Shown here: positions 18,216 to 28,333 of the stretch, piece by piece
Layout: each line of letters starts with the position of its first letter
Position numbering within the stretch: the first letter of the stretch is position 1
Source of the DNA: Candidatus Aenigmatarchaeota archaeon
GTDB lineage: Archaea; Aenigmatarchaeota; Aenigmatarchaeia; QMZP01; QMZT01
Direction of reading: 5' to 3'
Assembly (NCBI GenBank): GCA_043808015.1
Contig: JAZDFI010000007.1
Span: forward strand, 930-64,929
DNA length: 64,000 nucleotides
Program-made: the position numbers and the translations under genes
Notes under the pieces: generated by a model
Databases searched by the model: none
What the model saw: the letters and a program-made list of their open reading frames with translations, nothing else
Told to the model about the DNA's origin: nothing

Positions 18216-18941
18216 TCAGACGAAATCGAAAAGGTTGTTTTTCTTATCCGTTTTTTGCGCCTGTTTTTCTTCTTTATAATTCAGCTTCTCCGCCCACTGG
18301 CAGAAACCGCATTCGCTCGCTGGTTTCGGCTCTGCTCCGTTAATGCATGCAACCGCGGACAGGAAAAGCTTCTCGCCGCGCGCGCGGTCTACCGCGACTT
18401 TCACCGGGTCCGCGTCAAAGATGACGTTATGTCGCTCGTCTACGCCTGTCGGGTGGAAGAATATGAGTATCGCGAAATCCGCAGGCGCTAGCGCATTCTT
18501 CTCCAGCAGGAACGAGTATATGTCCATCTGGTGCTGGTAATACGAATGAGTATCGTCCTTCCTCGGATAGCCGCGTGTCTTGAAATCAAGCGGCGCGTAC
18601 TTCCCTTCGCTGGTCACAAACAGGTCGTCGAGCGCTCCCATCAGCATCGCGCCTGTAGCTACGTCCTTGTATCGCAGGCCCTTGTAGTTGTTGCGCCATA
18701 TTTCCATGAGTTTGAAGTCATCGAACAGCGAGCCCTGGAACTTGCCGTGCAGTTCTTCCGGAAGCGGGCGGTCCTGCCTGTGCCTGTCGAAGTGCGTCTT
18801 TAGTATCCGGTCCATGCCAGCGGGAAGCGAGGGGAAAATCGTGTCCGGCCTCTTTATGCCGCGGTTGAACCGCAGCCAGAAGCAGCGCGGACATTCCCTG
18901 AAAAGCGATATGGAAGACGGCGACAATGTAAGCGGCTTCAT
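18216..18941 (-). CDS. Cas4/RecB-like PD-(D/E)xK exonuclease with Fe-S Cys cluster (stand-alone, no CRISPR)
   Basis: N-terminal CPRCFWL Cys plus C-terminal CINGAEPKPASECGFCQW (C-x11-C-x2-C) give the four-Cys signature of Cas4/AddB-type nucleases. Confidence 0.6.
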   Translation of the reverse strand: MKPLTLSPSSISLFRECPRCFWLRFNRGIKRPDTIFPSLPAGMDRILKTHFDRHRQDRPLPEELHGKFQGSLFDDFKLMEIWRNNYKGLRYKDVATGAMLMGALDDLFVTSEGKYAPLDFKTRGYPRKDDTHSYYQHQMDIYSFLLEKNALAPADFAILIFFHPTGVDERHNVIFDADPVKVAVDRARGEKLFLSAVACINGAEPKPASECGFCQWAEKLNYKEEKQAQKTDKKNNLFDFV

Positions 18942-19002
18942 GATGTTAATAATGAATTCCGGCTTAATATGGATTTATTTCCGCCGCCCGCAAATAATAT
19001 GC

Positions 19003-19197
19003 ATGGACTACGAAAAAGAGCGCGACCTGAACTTCATGATAATACTGGTTCTGGTATCCGTCATAATGGTGCTGTGGTTCGGCTCGACGCTCGAAACGTT
19101 TCGCCAGTTTGCTCCGGCGTTTTTCGCCATAATGATGATTGCCGTCTGGATGGTCGCGATGAACGTGGGACGATTCGGAAAGAAGTGGAAAAAATAA
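19003..19197 (+). CDS. Small membrane protein (64 aa)
   Basis: Only the C-terminal ATG-initiated part of the track ORF 18688-19197 is plausible. Two TM helices, basic tail. Confidence 0.35.
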   Translation: MDYEKERDLNFMIILVLVSVIMVLWFGSTLETFRQFAPAFFAIMMIAVWMVAMNVGRFGKKWKK

Positions 19198-19224
19198 GAA
19201 AAGGCCGGAAACAAAAAAACCGGC

Positions 19225-21444
19225 TTATTTGTAAAGCATTGGCCCGTTCTCGACTGGTTTCTTTGAGAAGACCAGCTGCTTTATCTCGGACACGTCGTCC
19301 AGCGAATTCAGCTTTATCTTCATGCCGGATATGGTGTAGAGGATGTTGTCTATGTAGAGACTTCGCTTTACGGAATAGTCGTCGCCGAAGTAATAGTATC
19401 CGGCCTTCTTGAACGTGTCGTCGCTGTCGTAGTGCGTTATGCGCCCTTTAAGCTGGAAGCCATTCTCCAGCGAGATGTCGTAGACGTACGCGCCCTGGTA
19501 TGTGTACTCGCCGTATGGCATGCCCCATCCTGGCTTTAGCGCCTGCTGTTTCTGCTCCTCGCTGATTTCCGCAAGCAGTACGGGAATGACCAGCAGGTTC
19601 TTCTCCCTGTCGAACAGGAAAGCCTTGTGGTCCTGAAGCGCATATGAATCCGTTCCCCTGTCGCCTATCACGACCTTGTACATTTCTACCGGATTCGCAA
19701 CGTCAGTCACGTCGAAAATCGCCATTTTCACTCCCTGATACCATGCGAAATCCGAAGGCATGCCCTCCTGTGATTCCGCATCGACTGCTTCTTTTCCTAT
19801 GCCTATGATGTGGTTCTCGTCATACGGGTGGAGGTAGTCTGAATAACCCGGGATTTTCAGTTTGCCCAGTATCCGCGGATTCGAATGGTCGGAAAGGTCG
19901 AGCACGAAGAACGGGTCGATTTTCTTGAAAGTGACCAGATACCCTCGTCCGCCCATGAATCTCGCTGAGTAAATCGTTTCGCCGGGAGCGATGTCCTCGA
20001 GCTTGCCGGTCATCTTGAGGTCGCTGCCGAATACGTAGATGTTGTTCTTACTCTTTTCGGTCTGCTGGCCCATGCGTGACCATGTCTGGCCTATGGTCGT
20101 GGCTATGCGGAAGTGACTATCGTACTCGTCCATGGAGAACTGGTTGAGTATGTGACCGGGCGCCTCCATGTGGCCGATGTGCGTTATCTGTCCGTCGCTT
20201 AGGGCGAACTGATGAATAAGAGTCGTCTCGGTCGGCGTGACCGGGTTCGTCTCGTCGTAAGTCATCCACATCGGGTAGCTGGTCTCGGCTATGTATATGT
20301 TCGAAAGCGAGGCGTAAACGCTCTGGCCCGAGCCCATGATGACCTGCTTAGCCACGTCGGCCTGAGGATCGTCCATCGAAATCGAAGCGATGGTTATGAA
20401 GTTCTCGGGGTTGACCGGCTCGAAGTAAGCGACTTCGTTGCAGTCAACAGTGTTTACCATCCCGGTGTCTTCAGCGACTTCGCCGGCTTTTCTGTCCCTG
20501 AACTCGGGCAATATGTCTTCCGCGGTCACGGTAGCGGAAGCCTGGCCGGCGTCGGTCGCAGTCGCTCCGCTGTAGAGCACTGGCATTATGCCATAGTTCG
20601 GGTAGGAGTTAACGATGAAATAAACGTATGAGCCAATCTTCCTCGATGAAAGGTAATTGCCCTCGAAATCGACCGAGCGGACCAGCGACGGGCTGGTCCT
20701 GTCCGCGACGTCGTATATCCTCACGGTCGCTAGCTGTATATATCTGTAAGGCTGATAATAATACGGCGGCGCAACCATTTTTTCCGATGCAGTAGAGTCT
20801 GGCACTGGAGCGCCGGATGAGCCTGAACTGCCCGAGCCGCCATATGCGGCCATTTCTTCCTCAGTGAACGGAATCTGCTTGTTCGTGCTGCCGAATATGA
20901 GAACGTAATTGCCCTGTATGAACATTTCCTGCGGGTAGAAGTCGCCAAGGTCAAGCTCGCTCAGTATTGCGGCTTCCTCGGCAGGGTATGCTTTTGCTAT
21001 AACAAGAGTGCTGTTGCTTCCACCGTAATAGTACCCGGTGGTGAGGGTGTAAATATACTGGCCGTCATTCTTGACTATGTCAGCTTCGTCGACTCCCTCG
21101 ACCTGGACATTCGTCTCGGAGTAAGCGACGCCGCCGCCACCGGCGCCGTTCGCACTCGAATCTTTGGATGCGCTCTCGGCCAAGGCCATCGGAGCGCCGG
21201 CTGCGCCGAAAGTCCTCATAAGGCCGCCCTGAAGCGTGTAATAATTCTGAGTTCTGGTCTGGATGTCTTTCAGCTTGTCGGTTATCGCGTTGCACGAGCC
21301 AAACGTTTGCAGCCGTTCGACCGGCTGCGGGTTGGAAGTGTACGCATAATACGAAACCGCGCCGCTTACCAGAAGAGCCAAAACAAAAAAAACAGCTATT
21401 CCTGCGAAGCCTTTTTTTGAGCCAAGAACCATTTTGCCATTCAT
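19225..21444 (-). CDS. Large secreted beta-propeller-domain protein (COG4880-like)
   Basis: N-terminal signal/TM anchor. 739 aa, rich in Y/G/T/N with repeated blade-like segments. Recalled similarity to archaeal secreted beta-propeller proteins. Confidence 0.45.
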   Translation of the reverse strand: MNGKMVLGSKKGFAGIAVFFVLALLVSGAVSYYAYTSNPQPVERLQTFGSCNAITDKLKDIQTRTQNYYTLQGGLMRTFGAAGAPMALAESASKDSSANGAGGGGVAYSETNVQVEGVDEADIVKNDGQYIYTLTTGYYYGGSNSTLVIAKAYPAEEAAILSELDLGDFYPQEMFIQGNYVLIFGSTNKQIPFTEEEMAAYGGSGSSGSSGAPVPDSTASEKMVAPPYYYQPYRYIQLATVRIYDVADRTSPSLVRSVDFEGNYLSSRKIGSYVYFIVNSYPNYGIMPVLYSGATATDAGQASATVTAEDILPEFRDRKAGEVAEDTGMVNTVDCNEVAYFEPVNPENFITIASISMDDPQADVAKQVIMGSGQSVYASLSNIYIAETSYPMWMTYDETNPVTPTETTLIHQFALSDGQITHIGHMEAPGHILNQFSMDEYDSHFRIATTIGQTWSRMGQQTEKSKNNIYVFGSDLKMTGKLEDIAPGETIYSARFMGGRGYLVTFKKIDPFFVLDLSDHSNPRILGKLKIPGYSDYLHPYDENHIIGIGKEAVDAESQEGMPSDFAWYQGVKMAIFDVTDVANPVEMYKVVIGDRGTDSYALQDHKAFLFDREKNLLVIPVLLAEISEEQKQQALKPGWGMPYGEYTYQGAYVYDISLENGFQLKGRITHYDSDDTFKKAGYYYFGDDYSVKRSLYIDNILYTISGMKIKLNSLDDVSEIKQLVFSKKPVENGPMLYK

Positions 21445-21511
21445 GCACTAATCTTGGCAGGCCTTATTAAATAGTCTTGCGTTTTTGTTCGGCTTTGACC
21501 GAAAGCCCGGT

Positions 21512-22081
21512 TCAGAACTTCACTTCCACGTCGCGCTTCTCGGCTTCCGTCGCCTTGAAAAGTTCTTCAGGCGTGTAGCCCAGCATGCCCGCGACGAATC
21601 TATCAGGGATTGACTGTATGCGGATGTTGTACGTATTGACGGAATCGTTGTAGAATTCGCGTCGGTCAGCGAGCTCGTTCTCGATGCCGCTTATCCTCGT
21701 CTGGAGCTGTGCGAAGTTCTCGTTCGCCTTGAGGTTCGGGTAGTTCTCCGCGACCGCGAATATCGTCTTTAGCGCGCCTGATATGATGCCGTCCGCCTTC
21801 GCTTTCTCGGGCAGAGTCTTCGCGTTCATGAACTCCGTGCGCGCTTTCGTCAGTTCGGTAAGCGTGCCGCGCTCGTGTTTCATGTACCCTTTGACGGATT
21901 CGATAAGCTTCGGCAGCTCGTCGACCCTCTGCTTCAATAAGACTTCGATGTTCGAGAGCGATTTCTTTATGTTGTTCTTCAGGCGCACCAGCCCGTTGAA
22001 AACGGAAACCACATAGAAAACAATGACTAGAGCTACAAGACCGAGCACGACCATGATTATCAATTCAAGACCGAAAGCCAT
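21512..22081 (-). CDS. lemA: LemA family protein
   Basis: N-terminal TM plus conserved LemA core (NYPNLKANENFAQLQ...ENELADRREFYNDSVN..YN). Confidence 0.85.
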   Translation of the reverse strand: MAFGLELIIMVVLGLVALVIVFYVVSVFNGLVRLKNNIKKSLSNIEVLLKQRVDELPKLIESVKGYMKHERGTLTELTKARTEFMNAKTLPEKAKADGIISGALKTIFAVAENYPNLKANENFAQLQTRISGIENELADRREFYNDSVNTYNIRIQSIPDRFVAGMLGYTPEELFKATEAEKRDVEVKF

Positions 22082-22150
22082 ACGGCATCACCATCCTTGT
22101 GTTATATTATTGCAGATATATTTTAAGCTTTTGGCCGCGTTTAAACATAT

Positions 22151-22981
22151 CTACAGAAAACCTGTCTGGAAGAAAATGACGAAAAGCCCGATGGCGACGA
22201 GCGCTATGCCGCCGAAAATGCCGCCCAGCGACTTCCATCTCAGGCTCGATACGATGTCCTTCTCCTGCTTGTCCGATATGTAATAGAACTTGTCGTTTTT
22301 GCCTTTCTGTATCATGACGTCGTCCACGCTGTTCTTCGCCGTGAGTTCGTCCACGAACGGGTTGTCGCCAGCGGTGCCCATTATGTAGAGCTTGTCTTTC
22401 GGGGCTACGTAGTATTCCCGGTATCTCATGGTCTTGTTGAGGCCGAAGAAACTCTCGTGGCTGACGCCCTGGCTTTTGAGGAAATTGGTGACCTGCAACG
22501 GCGGATCCCTGCCGAAGCCCGAACTATATTCCGCGTCCTTGGGTATGTCCACTTTCGCGCCGTCCGGGTCGACCAGAACGAGAGCAGTCTCGTCCTTCAG
22601 GAAGAACTGCGTCCTCTCCTCGCCCTTGCGCACGACCGCCCACGAGCCGTTCGTGGCGAAGCCGGATGGATTCTCGCCCATGACTATGCCGCCGGGTATG
22701 CCCGGCATCCCGCCGCCCTTGCCTTTTCTCTGCTCCTCTATAGTGTATCTGTAATATACGCAGTCGTTTTCAGTGAACGGGCTTTTCAGAATTCGCCCTT
22801 TCGCCGCCACGACCTCGCCATAAATTTCGACGAGGCCCATCGCTAGCGAGCGAATCTTCGAAGTCGGCGTGTTGTCCATGAGCTGCTTCTGCCTGAACCA
22901 CTTCAGGCCAAGGATAAAAAGCACGAGCCCTCCTACAAGCCCTGCCAGTGCATAAAAGAAAACGTCCCCTTCGAGCGCCAT
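22151..22981 (-). CDS. Membrane protein flanked by TM helices, GIDE-like (common LemA partner)
   Basis: TM at both ends with about 200-aa soluble core. Immediately upstream of LemA on the same strand. Confidence 0.4.
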   Translation of the reverse strand: MALEGDVFFYALAGLVGGLVLFILGLKWFRQKQLMDNTPTSKIRSLAMGLVEIYGEVVAAKGRILKSPFTENDCVYYRYTIEEQRKGKGGGMPGIPGGIVMGENPSGFATNGSWAVVRKGEERTQFFLKDETALVLVDPDGAKVDIPKDAEYSSGFGRDPPLQVTNFLKSQGVSHESFFGLNKTMRYREYYVAPKDKLYIMGTAGDNPFVDELTAKNSVDDVMIQKGKNDKFYYISDKQEKDIVSSLRWKSLGGIFGGIALVAIGLFVIFFQTGFL

Positions 22982-23161
22982 GATTATCTTATTGGGCCTT
23001 TATTTAAAAAACGAGACAATTAGAGAATATGGTGGACGCGGACGATGGCAGGATTGAATTCTTCGAGAGCAAAAAGCGCAAGAAATACAAGGCCGTTTAC
23101 ATGAAAAAAGTTAAATACAGAAAAACTCCAATAGGTTAAATGCCGGTTTCATGGTGTCGCA

Positions 23162-23758
23162 ATGAATAACATGCTGAGTCCGTTCGATTTCACGAGGCAG
23201 GAGATAAAGGAGATACTGATATCGCTGGTCGTGCTGGCCTTCGTTTTCGCCTATCCGGAAATCCTGACTAACCCGATATTCATCCTCACGTCGCTTCTCG
23301 GAGTCGGCATAGCCTTCTTCGGCCACGAGATGGCACATCGCTACGTGGCGAGGAAGAGGGGCTTCTATTCGGCATACAAGATGTGGCCACAGGGCCTGCT
23401 GCTGGCGCTGGTCATGGCATTCGCGACCAACGGCAACATGGTCTTCGCCGCGCCGGGTGCTGTCATCTTCGCGGGCTACTGGATGTTCAGGAACCCGACC
23501 ATCGAGGACATAGGCATAATAGGCATCGCTGGCGTCGTGTTCAACCTCACCGTCATGTATTTTTCGCTGTCGCTTTACTTCTGGACCGGCTTCCCGCTGT
23601 TCTCGTTCATCGGGACCATCAATGGATGGCTGGCGATATTCAACCTCATCCCTTTCGGGCCGCTTGACGGCAAAAAAGTGATGGACTGGAACTTGAAAAT
23701 CTGGCTCGCGGCGCTGGCTCTGGCTATCACGGGCTTTGCGGCACTGCTTTTCTTCTAG
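23162..23758 (+). CDS. M50-family (site-2 protease-like) zinc metalloprotease
   Basis: HEMAH (HExxH) within TM helix and NLIPFGPLDG (LDG motif) in a later TM helix. Confidence 0.8.
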   Translation: MNNMLSPFDFTRQEIKEILISLVVLAFVFAYPEILTNPIFILTSLLGVGIAFFGHEMAHRYVARKRGFYSAYKMWPQGLLLALVMAFATNGNMVFAAPGAVIFAGYWMFRNPTIEDIGIIGIAGVVFNLTVMYFSLSLYFWTGFPLFSFIGTINGWLAIFNLIPFGPLDGKKVMDWNLKIWLAALALAITGFAALLFF

Positions 23759-24155
23759 AAACGGCTGGCTTGTAAGGCGAGTCTCTCAACAATATCTCCA
23801 CGCCGCCTTCTTCGTGCATGGCTATGGGAAGTATGGTTTTCCCTCGGCGGTTGGCCTTCATTTCAATGGCGAAAAGTTCCACGCTTGTCAGGTCGTCCAG
23901 AACAAAAACTTCCTCCATGCACAGGCCGGCTTTCTTCAGGCCTTCCAGCATATAACCCGGCATCTGTGAAATCCCGTCTTCTCCGCCGGGAACCGTTATT
24001 GTCATCGTGTTTCCTTTGACGGAAACGCCATAGCCGTGGTTCTTGCGCAGGTCGCCTGCCATTAAGTTTATCATATAGACGTTAAGCTCCTCCGGCTTAA
24101 GCGCGGAATAATCCATGGGCAGGCTTGCCCTGTAGAAGGTTTTGAGCGCCTTCAT
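23727..24155 (-). CDS. Hypothetical protein
   Basis: 142 aa ORF. 3' end overlaps the M50 gene by about 30 nt. Confidence 0.35.
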   Translation of the reverse strand: MKALKTFYRASLPMDYSALKPEELNVYMINLMAGDLRKNHGYGVSVKGNTMTITVPGGEDGISQMPGYMLEGLKKAGLCMEEVFVLDDLTSVELFAIEMKANRRGKTILPIAMHEEGGVEILLRDSPYKPAVSRRKAVPQSP

Positions 24156-24210
24156 GCTAAAATCTTCGCTGCAAGCTTTTAATCATTTATTAGGGTTCAA
24201 CTAATTAGGA

Positions 24211-24816
24211 ATGATGAGACATATTTTTTTCGCGGCCGCTGTTATAGTGGTTGTTGTATTTGCCAGCGGCTGCGTCGGCAGAGGCGTCAAGGATTTCAAC
24301 GAGACGACTGAATACGAATACTATAACAGGACGCTCGACGGTTTGGGCAATTCCACCAACGGCTCGCAGATATCCGTATCGAAAGACTTCACCTTCAAAA
24401 TAAACGGCGACGGCGTGTTCTGGCTCAAAGCGAATGATACTATCGGGTTCGACGTCGTCTTCAACAACGTCGCGGACAATCAAGAGGCGCACATGTTCGT
24501 CGCCAGAGTCTTCCCGTCCGCCGCGGATTTCGACGTGATGGCGGCTTACCAGTGCCTGCACTTCACGACGTGCGACTCGCTCCTCACCCGCATGCGGGTG
24601 ATGATTGACCAACCGGAGAACTCGACGCTCGTTAGTTACGGCTACATAGACCTTTACTCCATAAACATACGCGTCCCCGACGGCACGCCTGCCGGGACGT
24701 ACATGTACAACGTCGTCGCCTGCAAGGACATGCGCTTCGGCGAATGCCTGGAAAACACGACTAATTTCGGCCCCAACGTGCCGATAACGTTACATATTCT
24801 TAAGCCCGATGCATAA
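24211..24816 (+). CDS. Secreted protein with signal peptide/lipobox-like ASGC and many N-x-S/T sequons
   Basis: Hydrophobic N-terminus, Cys after signal. 9 N-glycosylation sequons. Confidence 0.45.
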   Translation: MMRHIFFAAAVIVVVVFASGCVGRGVKDFNETTEYEYYNRTLDGLGNSTNGSQISVSKDFTFKINGDGVFWLKANDTIGFDVVFNNVADNQEAHMFVARVFPSAADFDVMAAYQCLHFTTCDSLLTRMRVMIDQPENSTLVSYGYIDLYSINIRVPDGTPAGTYMYNVVACKDMRFGECLENTTNFGPNVPITLHILKPDA

Positions 24817-24944
24817 TCTTTATATACCAGTTAATGTATAAGATTATACATTATAGTATCAAACATTATCATCAAAATATGATAGTCATTCACTGAGAGC
24901 GCTTAACATTCAAAGCAGATAACTGGAAATTAACGTGACCGGAT

Positions 24945-25172
24945 ATGAAACGAGACCCGCTGGAAATAATGAGGGAGATACTGACGCTCCTTGAAAAGCA
25001 AGGGAACGCGGCGATGAGCCTCAACGCCATATCGGAGAAAACCGGGATTCACAACGTGACCGTGCGGCGCTACGTCGAGATAATCCAGCTGGTCAGGGAC
25101 GAGCCGGAAATCGAGGTCATCAGGACGGGCCATTCGATCATAGTCAGGATAAGAAAGGAGAAGAGAGAATGA
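24945..25172 (+). CDS. Small winged-helix DNA-binding protein (75 aa)
   Basis: HTH-like segment MSLNAISEKTGIHNVTVRRYVE then beta-hairpin wing. AT-rich promoter region upstream. Confidence 0.55.
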   Translation: MKRDPLEIMREILTLLEKQGNAAMSLNAISEKTGIHNVTVRRYVEIIQLVRDEPEIEVIRTGHSIIVRIRKEKRE

Positions 25173-25393
25173 TGCAATTGTTCGGAGGTAGTGTTATGAG
25201 AACGTTTGAGATTTTTGGTTTAGAGGCCGTGACTGGAGACAGACCGGAGAGGCCGTTCCCGCTCAGGCCCGGAACCGGGTTCGACAAGTTCCCGGTGCAG
25301 GACGCTGACCAGCTGTTATATACTATTGCAGCTAGCGCGTCCACTGCGTTTAATGATGTTTCAGGCATTCAGGGAATGCCTTATGGAGGGTGA
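25169..25393 (+). CDS. Small protein (74 aa) ending in Gly-Gly, translationally coupled between the wHTH gene and cdc48
   Basis: ATGA overlap with upstream stop. SD-like aggagaagagag. Its stop lies 5 nt before the cdc48 ATG. C-terminus ...GMPYGG*. Confidence 0.4.
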   Translation: MMQLFGGSVMRTFEIFGLEAVTGDRPERPFPLRPGTGFDKFPVQDADQLLYTIAASASTAFNDVSGIQGMPYGG

Positions 25394-25398
25394 TTTTC

Positions 25399-27822
25399 AT
25401 GGCAGAGAAAGACATATCGTTGAGAGTGGGAGAGCTGACTGACAGGAGCGAATCCGGCATGAGTATGGTAAGGCTGGAATCCAAGATGATGACCGAGCTC
25501 GGCATACGCGAGGGCGACGTCATCGAGCTCCAGGGCAAGAAGAAGACCGGAGCTATCGCCGTGCGCGCGTATCCGGCAGACATCGGACTGGGACTCGTGC
25601 GCATGGACGGCATAACCAGAACGAACATCGGCGTCGGCGTGGGAGAAACGGTCAAAATCGCGAAAGCGGACGTCAAAGAGGCGAAGAAAGTCGTCATCGC
25701 GCCAGCGCAGAAAGACGAAGTGCTGGAAATATCACAGGGCGTCGCCGACCTGCTCAGGCAGAACCTTATGGGCAGGCCGCTGATGAAAGGCGACGTGATA
25801 TCGCCGTCTCCCGCATCGAGAGGCAGGCCGAGGCAGCAGCAATCATTCGGCAACGACGACATGGATCCTTTTTTCGACATTTTCAGGAGCATGGGCATAA
25901 ACATCCAGGGAGGCGACTTCACGCCTTTCATCCCCATGCAGAGCGAGACGCGTTTGGCGATAGTTGCGACGCAGCCGGAGGGCAGCATAGTCAAGATAGC
26001 TCCGACGACGCAGATAGAGCTGCGCAAGGAAGCGGTTGATATCGACGCAGCTGGCAGGGTACCTACGATCACGTACGAGGACATAGGCGGCCTGCACGAC
26101 ATGCTGGTCAAGATAAGGGAAATGGTCGAGCTGCCGCTGCGCCATCCGGAGCTTTTCGTACGCCTGGGCATCGACCCGCCGAAAGGCGTTTTGCTCTACG
26201 GCCCGCCGGGAACCGGTAAAACATTGCTGGCGAAAGCCGTCGCTAACGAAAGCGGCGCGAACTTCTACTCCATCGCCGGTCCGGAAATAATGAGCAAGTG
26301 GTACGGCCAGACGGAAGAGAACCTGCGCAAGCTTTTCGAGGAAGCGCAGAAAAACGCGCCGTCGATAGTTTTCATAGACGAGATTGACGCCATAGCTCCT
26401 AAGAGGGAAGATGTGACAGGCGAGGTGGAGAAGCGTACGGTATCGCAACTGCTTGCGCTCATGGACGGCCTGAAGGCGCGCGGAAAAGTCATAGTCATCG
26501 CCGCGACCAACATGCCCAATTCGCTCGACCCCGCCCTCAGGAGGCCCGGGCGTTTCGACCGTGAAATCGAGATCGGAGTTCCGGACACAAGAGGACGCAA
26601 GGAAATTCTGCAAATACACACGAGAAACATGCCGCTCGAGCCCGACGTAGACCTGGACTTCCTTGCAGGCAGGACATACGGCTTTGTCGGCGCCGATTTG
26701 GAAGCGCTCGCCAAGGAAGCGGCTATGTCCGCGCTGAAGCGCCTTCTCCCCCAGATAACCTGGAGGAAAGAGGAGGAAATCCCGCAGGACGTGCTCAAGA
26801 AGCTGAAGGTCGGCAAGAAGGATTTCGATAACGGCCTTAAGATGGTCGAGCCGTCCGGCATGCGCGAAGTGATGATAGAGATTCCCAACGTTAAATGGAA
26901 CGACATCGGAGGCCTCGAAGGAGTGAAGCAGTCGCTGAAAGAGATAATCGAGTGGCCGCTCAAAAATCCAGAGGTCTTCACGAACATCGGCGTTTCGCCG
27001 CCGAAGGGAATCCTTCTTTACGGCCCGCCGGGAACCGGTAAAACATTGCTGGCGAAAGCCGTCGCCAGCGAGAGCGGCGCGAACTTCATATCGGTGCGCG
27101 GACCCGAGGTCCTTAGCAAATGGGTCGGCGAGAGCGAGAAGCACATACGCGAGATATTCAAGAGGGCGAAACAGGTCGCGCCGAGCATCATCTTCTTCGA
27201 CGAGATGGACGCGCTCGTGCCGCGAAGGGGGACGGACATGGGCACGCGCGTGGCAGAGAACGTGGTGTCGCAGATCCTCACCCACATGTCCGGCGTGGAA
27301 GAGATGCACAACGTCGTAGTCATCGGTGCGACGAACAGGCCGGACATACTCGACCCCGCGCTGCTGCGGCCAGGCCGCTTCGACAGGCAGGTGCTCGTGC
27401 CGGCTCCGGACGAGAAATCGAGGCTCGAGGTGCTCAAGATACACACCAAAAAAATGAAGATGAAGGACGTCGACCTGAAGAAGTTCGCGAAACTGACGGA
27501 CGGTTATTCAGGCGCTGACCTTGAGGCGCTCGTCAGAGAGGCCGGCATAAACGCCATAAGGGAGATAATGGCGAAGGAGAAGCCAGTCGAAACTGCTGTC
27601 AAAACGGCCAAGACCAAGAAAGCGAAAACCGAGAAGCCCGCCGATAATAAGGAAGAATACTTCGTGACCAAAAAGCATTTCGACGAGGCGCTGAAGAATT
27701 CGCGGCCTTCGATAACGCCCGACATGCTACGCTACTACGAGAAGATAATCGAGAGCTTCAGGAGCAGGGGCATGGAGATGAAGAAAGGCAGCAAAAAAGA
27801 GGACACCGACTATCTCGAGTAG
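25399..27822 (+). CDS. cdc48: Cdc48/VCP-like AAA+ ATPase (two AAA domains)
   Basis: N-domain plus two Walker A sites ([15 protein letters not shown] x2), Walker B DEIDA/DEMDA, SRH regions. Start at ATG 25399 (track 25390 is GTG). Confidence 0.95.
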   Translation: MAEKDISLRVGELTDRSESGMSMVRLESKMMTELGIREGDVIELQGKKKTGAIAVRAYPADIGLGLVRMDGITRTNIGVGVGETVKIAKADVKEAKKVVIAPAQKDEVLEISQGVADLLRQNLMGRPLMKGDVISPSPASRGRPRQQQSFGNDDMDPFFDIFRSMGINIQGGDFTPFIPMQSETRLAIVATQPEGSIVKIAPTTQIELRKEAVDIDAAGRVPTITYEDIGGLHDMLVKIREMVELPLRHPELFVRLGIDPPKGVLLYGPPGTGKTLLAKAVANESGANFYSIAGPEIMSKWYGQTEENLRKLFEEAQKNAPSIVFIDEIDAIAPKREDVTGEVEKRTVSQLLALMDGLKARGKVIVIAATNMPNSLDPALRRPGRFDREIEIGVPDTRGRKEILQIHTRNMPLEPDVDLDFLAGRTYGFVGADLEALAKEAAMSALKRLLPQITWRKEEEIPQDVLKKLKVGKKDFDNGLKMVEPSGMREVMIEIPNVKWNDIGGLEGVKQSLKEIIEWPLKNPEVFTNIGVSPPKGILLYGPPGTGKTLLAKAVASESGANFISVRGPEVLSKWVGESEKHIREIFKRAKQVAPSIIFFDEMDALVPRRGTDMGTRVAENVVSQILTHMSGVEEMHNVVVIGATNRPDILDPALLRPGRFDRQVLVPAPDEKSRLEVLKIHTKKMKMKDVDLKKFAKLTDGYSGADLEALVREAGINAIREIMAKEKPVETAVKTAKTKKAKTEKPADNKEEYFVTKKHFDEALKNSRPSITPDMLRYYEKIIESFRSRGMEMKKGSKKEDTDYLE

Positions 27823-27893
27823 CCGCTGTCAGCGAAAACTCTGGTTACAGAAGGGGAAATTGGTTTTTAAAATTCCCCGCTTAATTATTTAAC

Positions 27894-28286
27894 ATGAGGA
27901 TGGTCTACAACCCGCACGGCATAGGCGACAAAAAGCAGGCGTGGAAATGTTTCCTTACGGGCAGCCTTGTAACGTCCTCGTTCATTTATCTCGCGCTGAC
28001 CGAAAGCGTGATTGCGTTTTTCTGCTGTCTCGCGCTGATAGCCGCCGGCATCATACTTTTCATAGACACTAACATCAGCTACCGCAAAGAAGTGTTCCTT
28101 TTCCAGAATTTCGTTTTCGCTGGTCTGGGCCTGGTCTTGTCGCTGGTCCTCCATGTATGGGGCTTTTTGCTTTTATGGCTGGGCGTAACGGCCATTCTTG
28201 TCCTGGTCACGTGGCTGCAGAAGTTCATGGCCGGAGGCAAAAGCAAAAAGGAAAAGCGCGAGGAAAAAGAGCAGCACAAGCAGTGA
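27894..28286 (+). CDS. Integral membrane protein with Lys/Glu-rich tail
   Basis: Four hydrophobic helices. Confidence 0.4.
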   Translation: MRMVYNPHGIGDKKQAWKCFLTGSLVTSSFIYLALTESVIAFFCCLALIAAGIILFIDTNISYRKEVFLFQNFVFAGLGLVLSLVLHVWGFLLLWLGVTAILVLVTWLQKFMAGGKSKKEKREEKEQHKQ

Positions 28287-28333
28287 GACTGACGCCTGAC
28301 GCGCTTAAAACGGAAAAATAAAGTAAGGGATTC

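Noticed and set aside
23028-23138. 36-aa Lys-rich ORF MVDADDGRIEFFESKKRKKYKAVYMKKVKYRKTPIG
   Set aside because: Too short and compositionally simple to call without conservation evidence. Mentioned only as a candidate.
25843-27444. 533-aa minus-strand ORF (and 25350-26171, 26265-26987, 27018-27449) antisense to cdc48
   Set aside because: Shadow ORFs typical of high-GC DNA. The Cdc48 frame carries unmistakable double Walker A/B motifs, while the antisense products are low-complexity R/A/S-rich.
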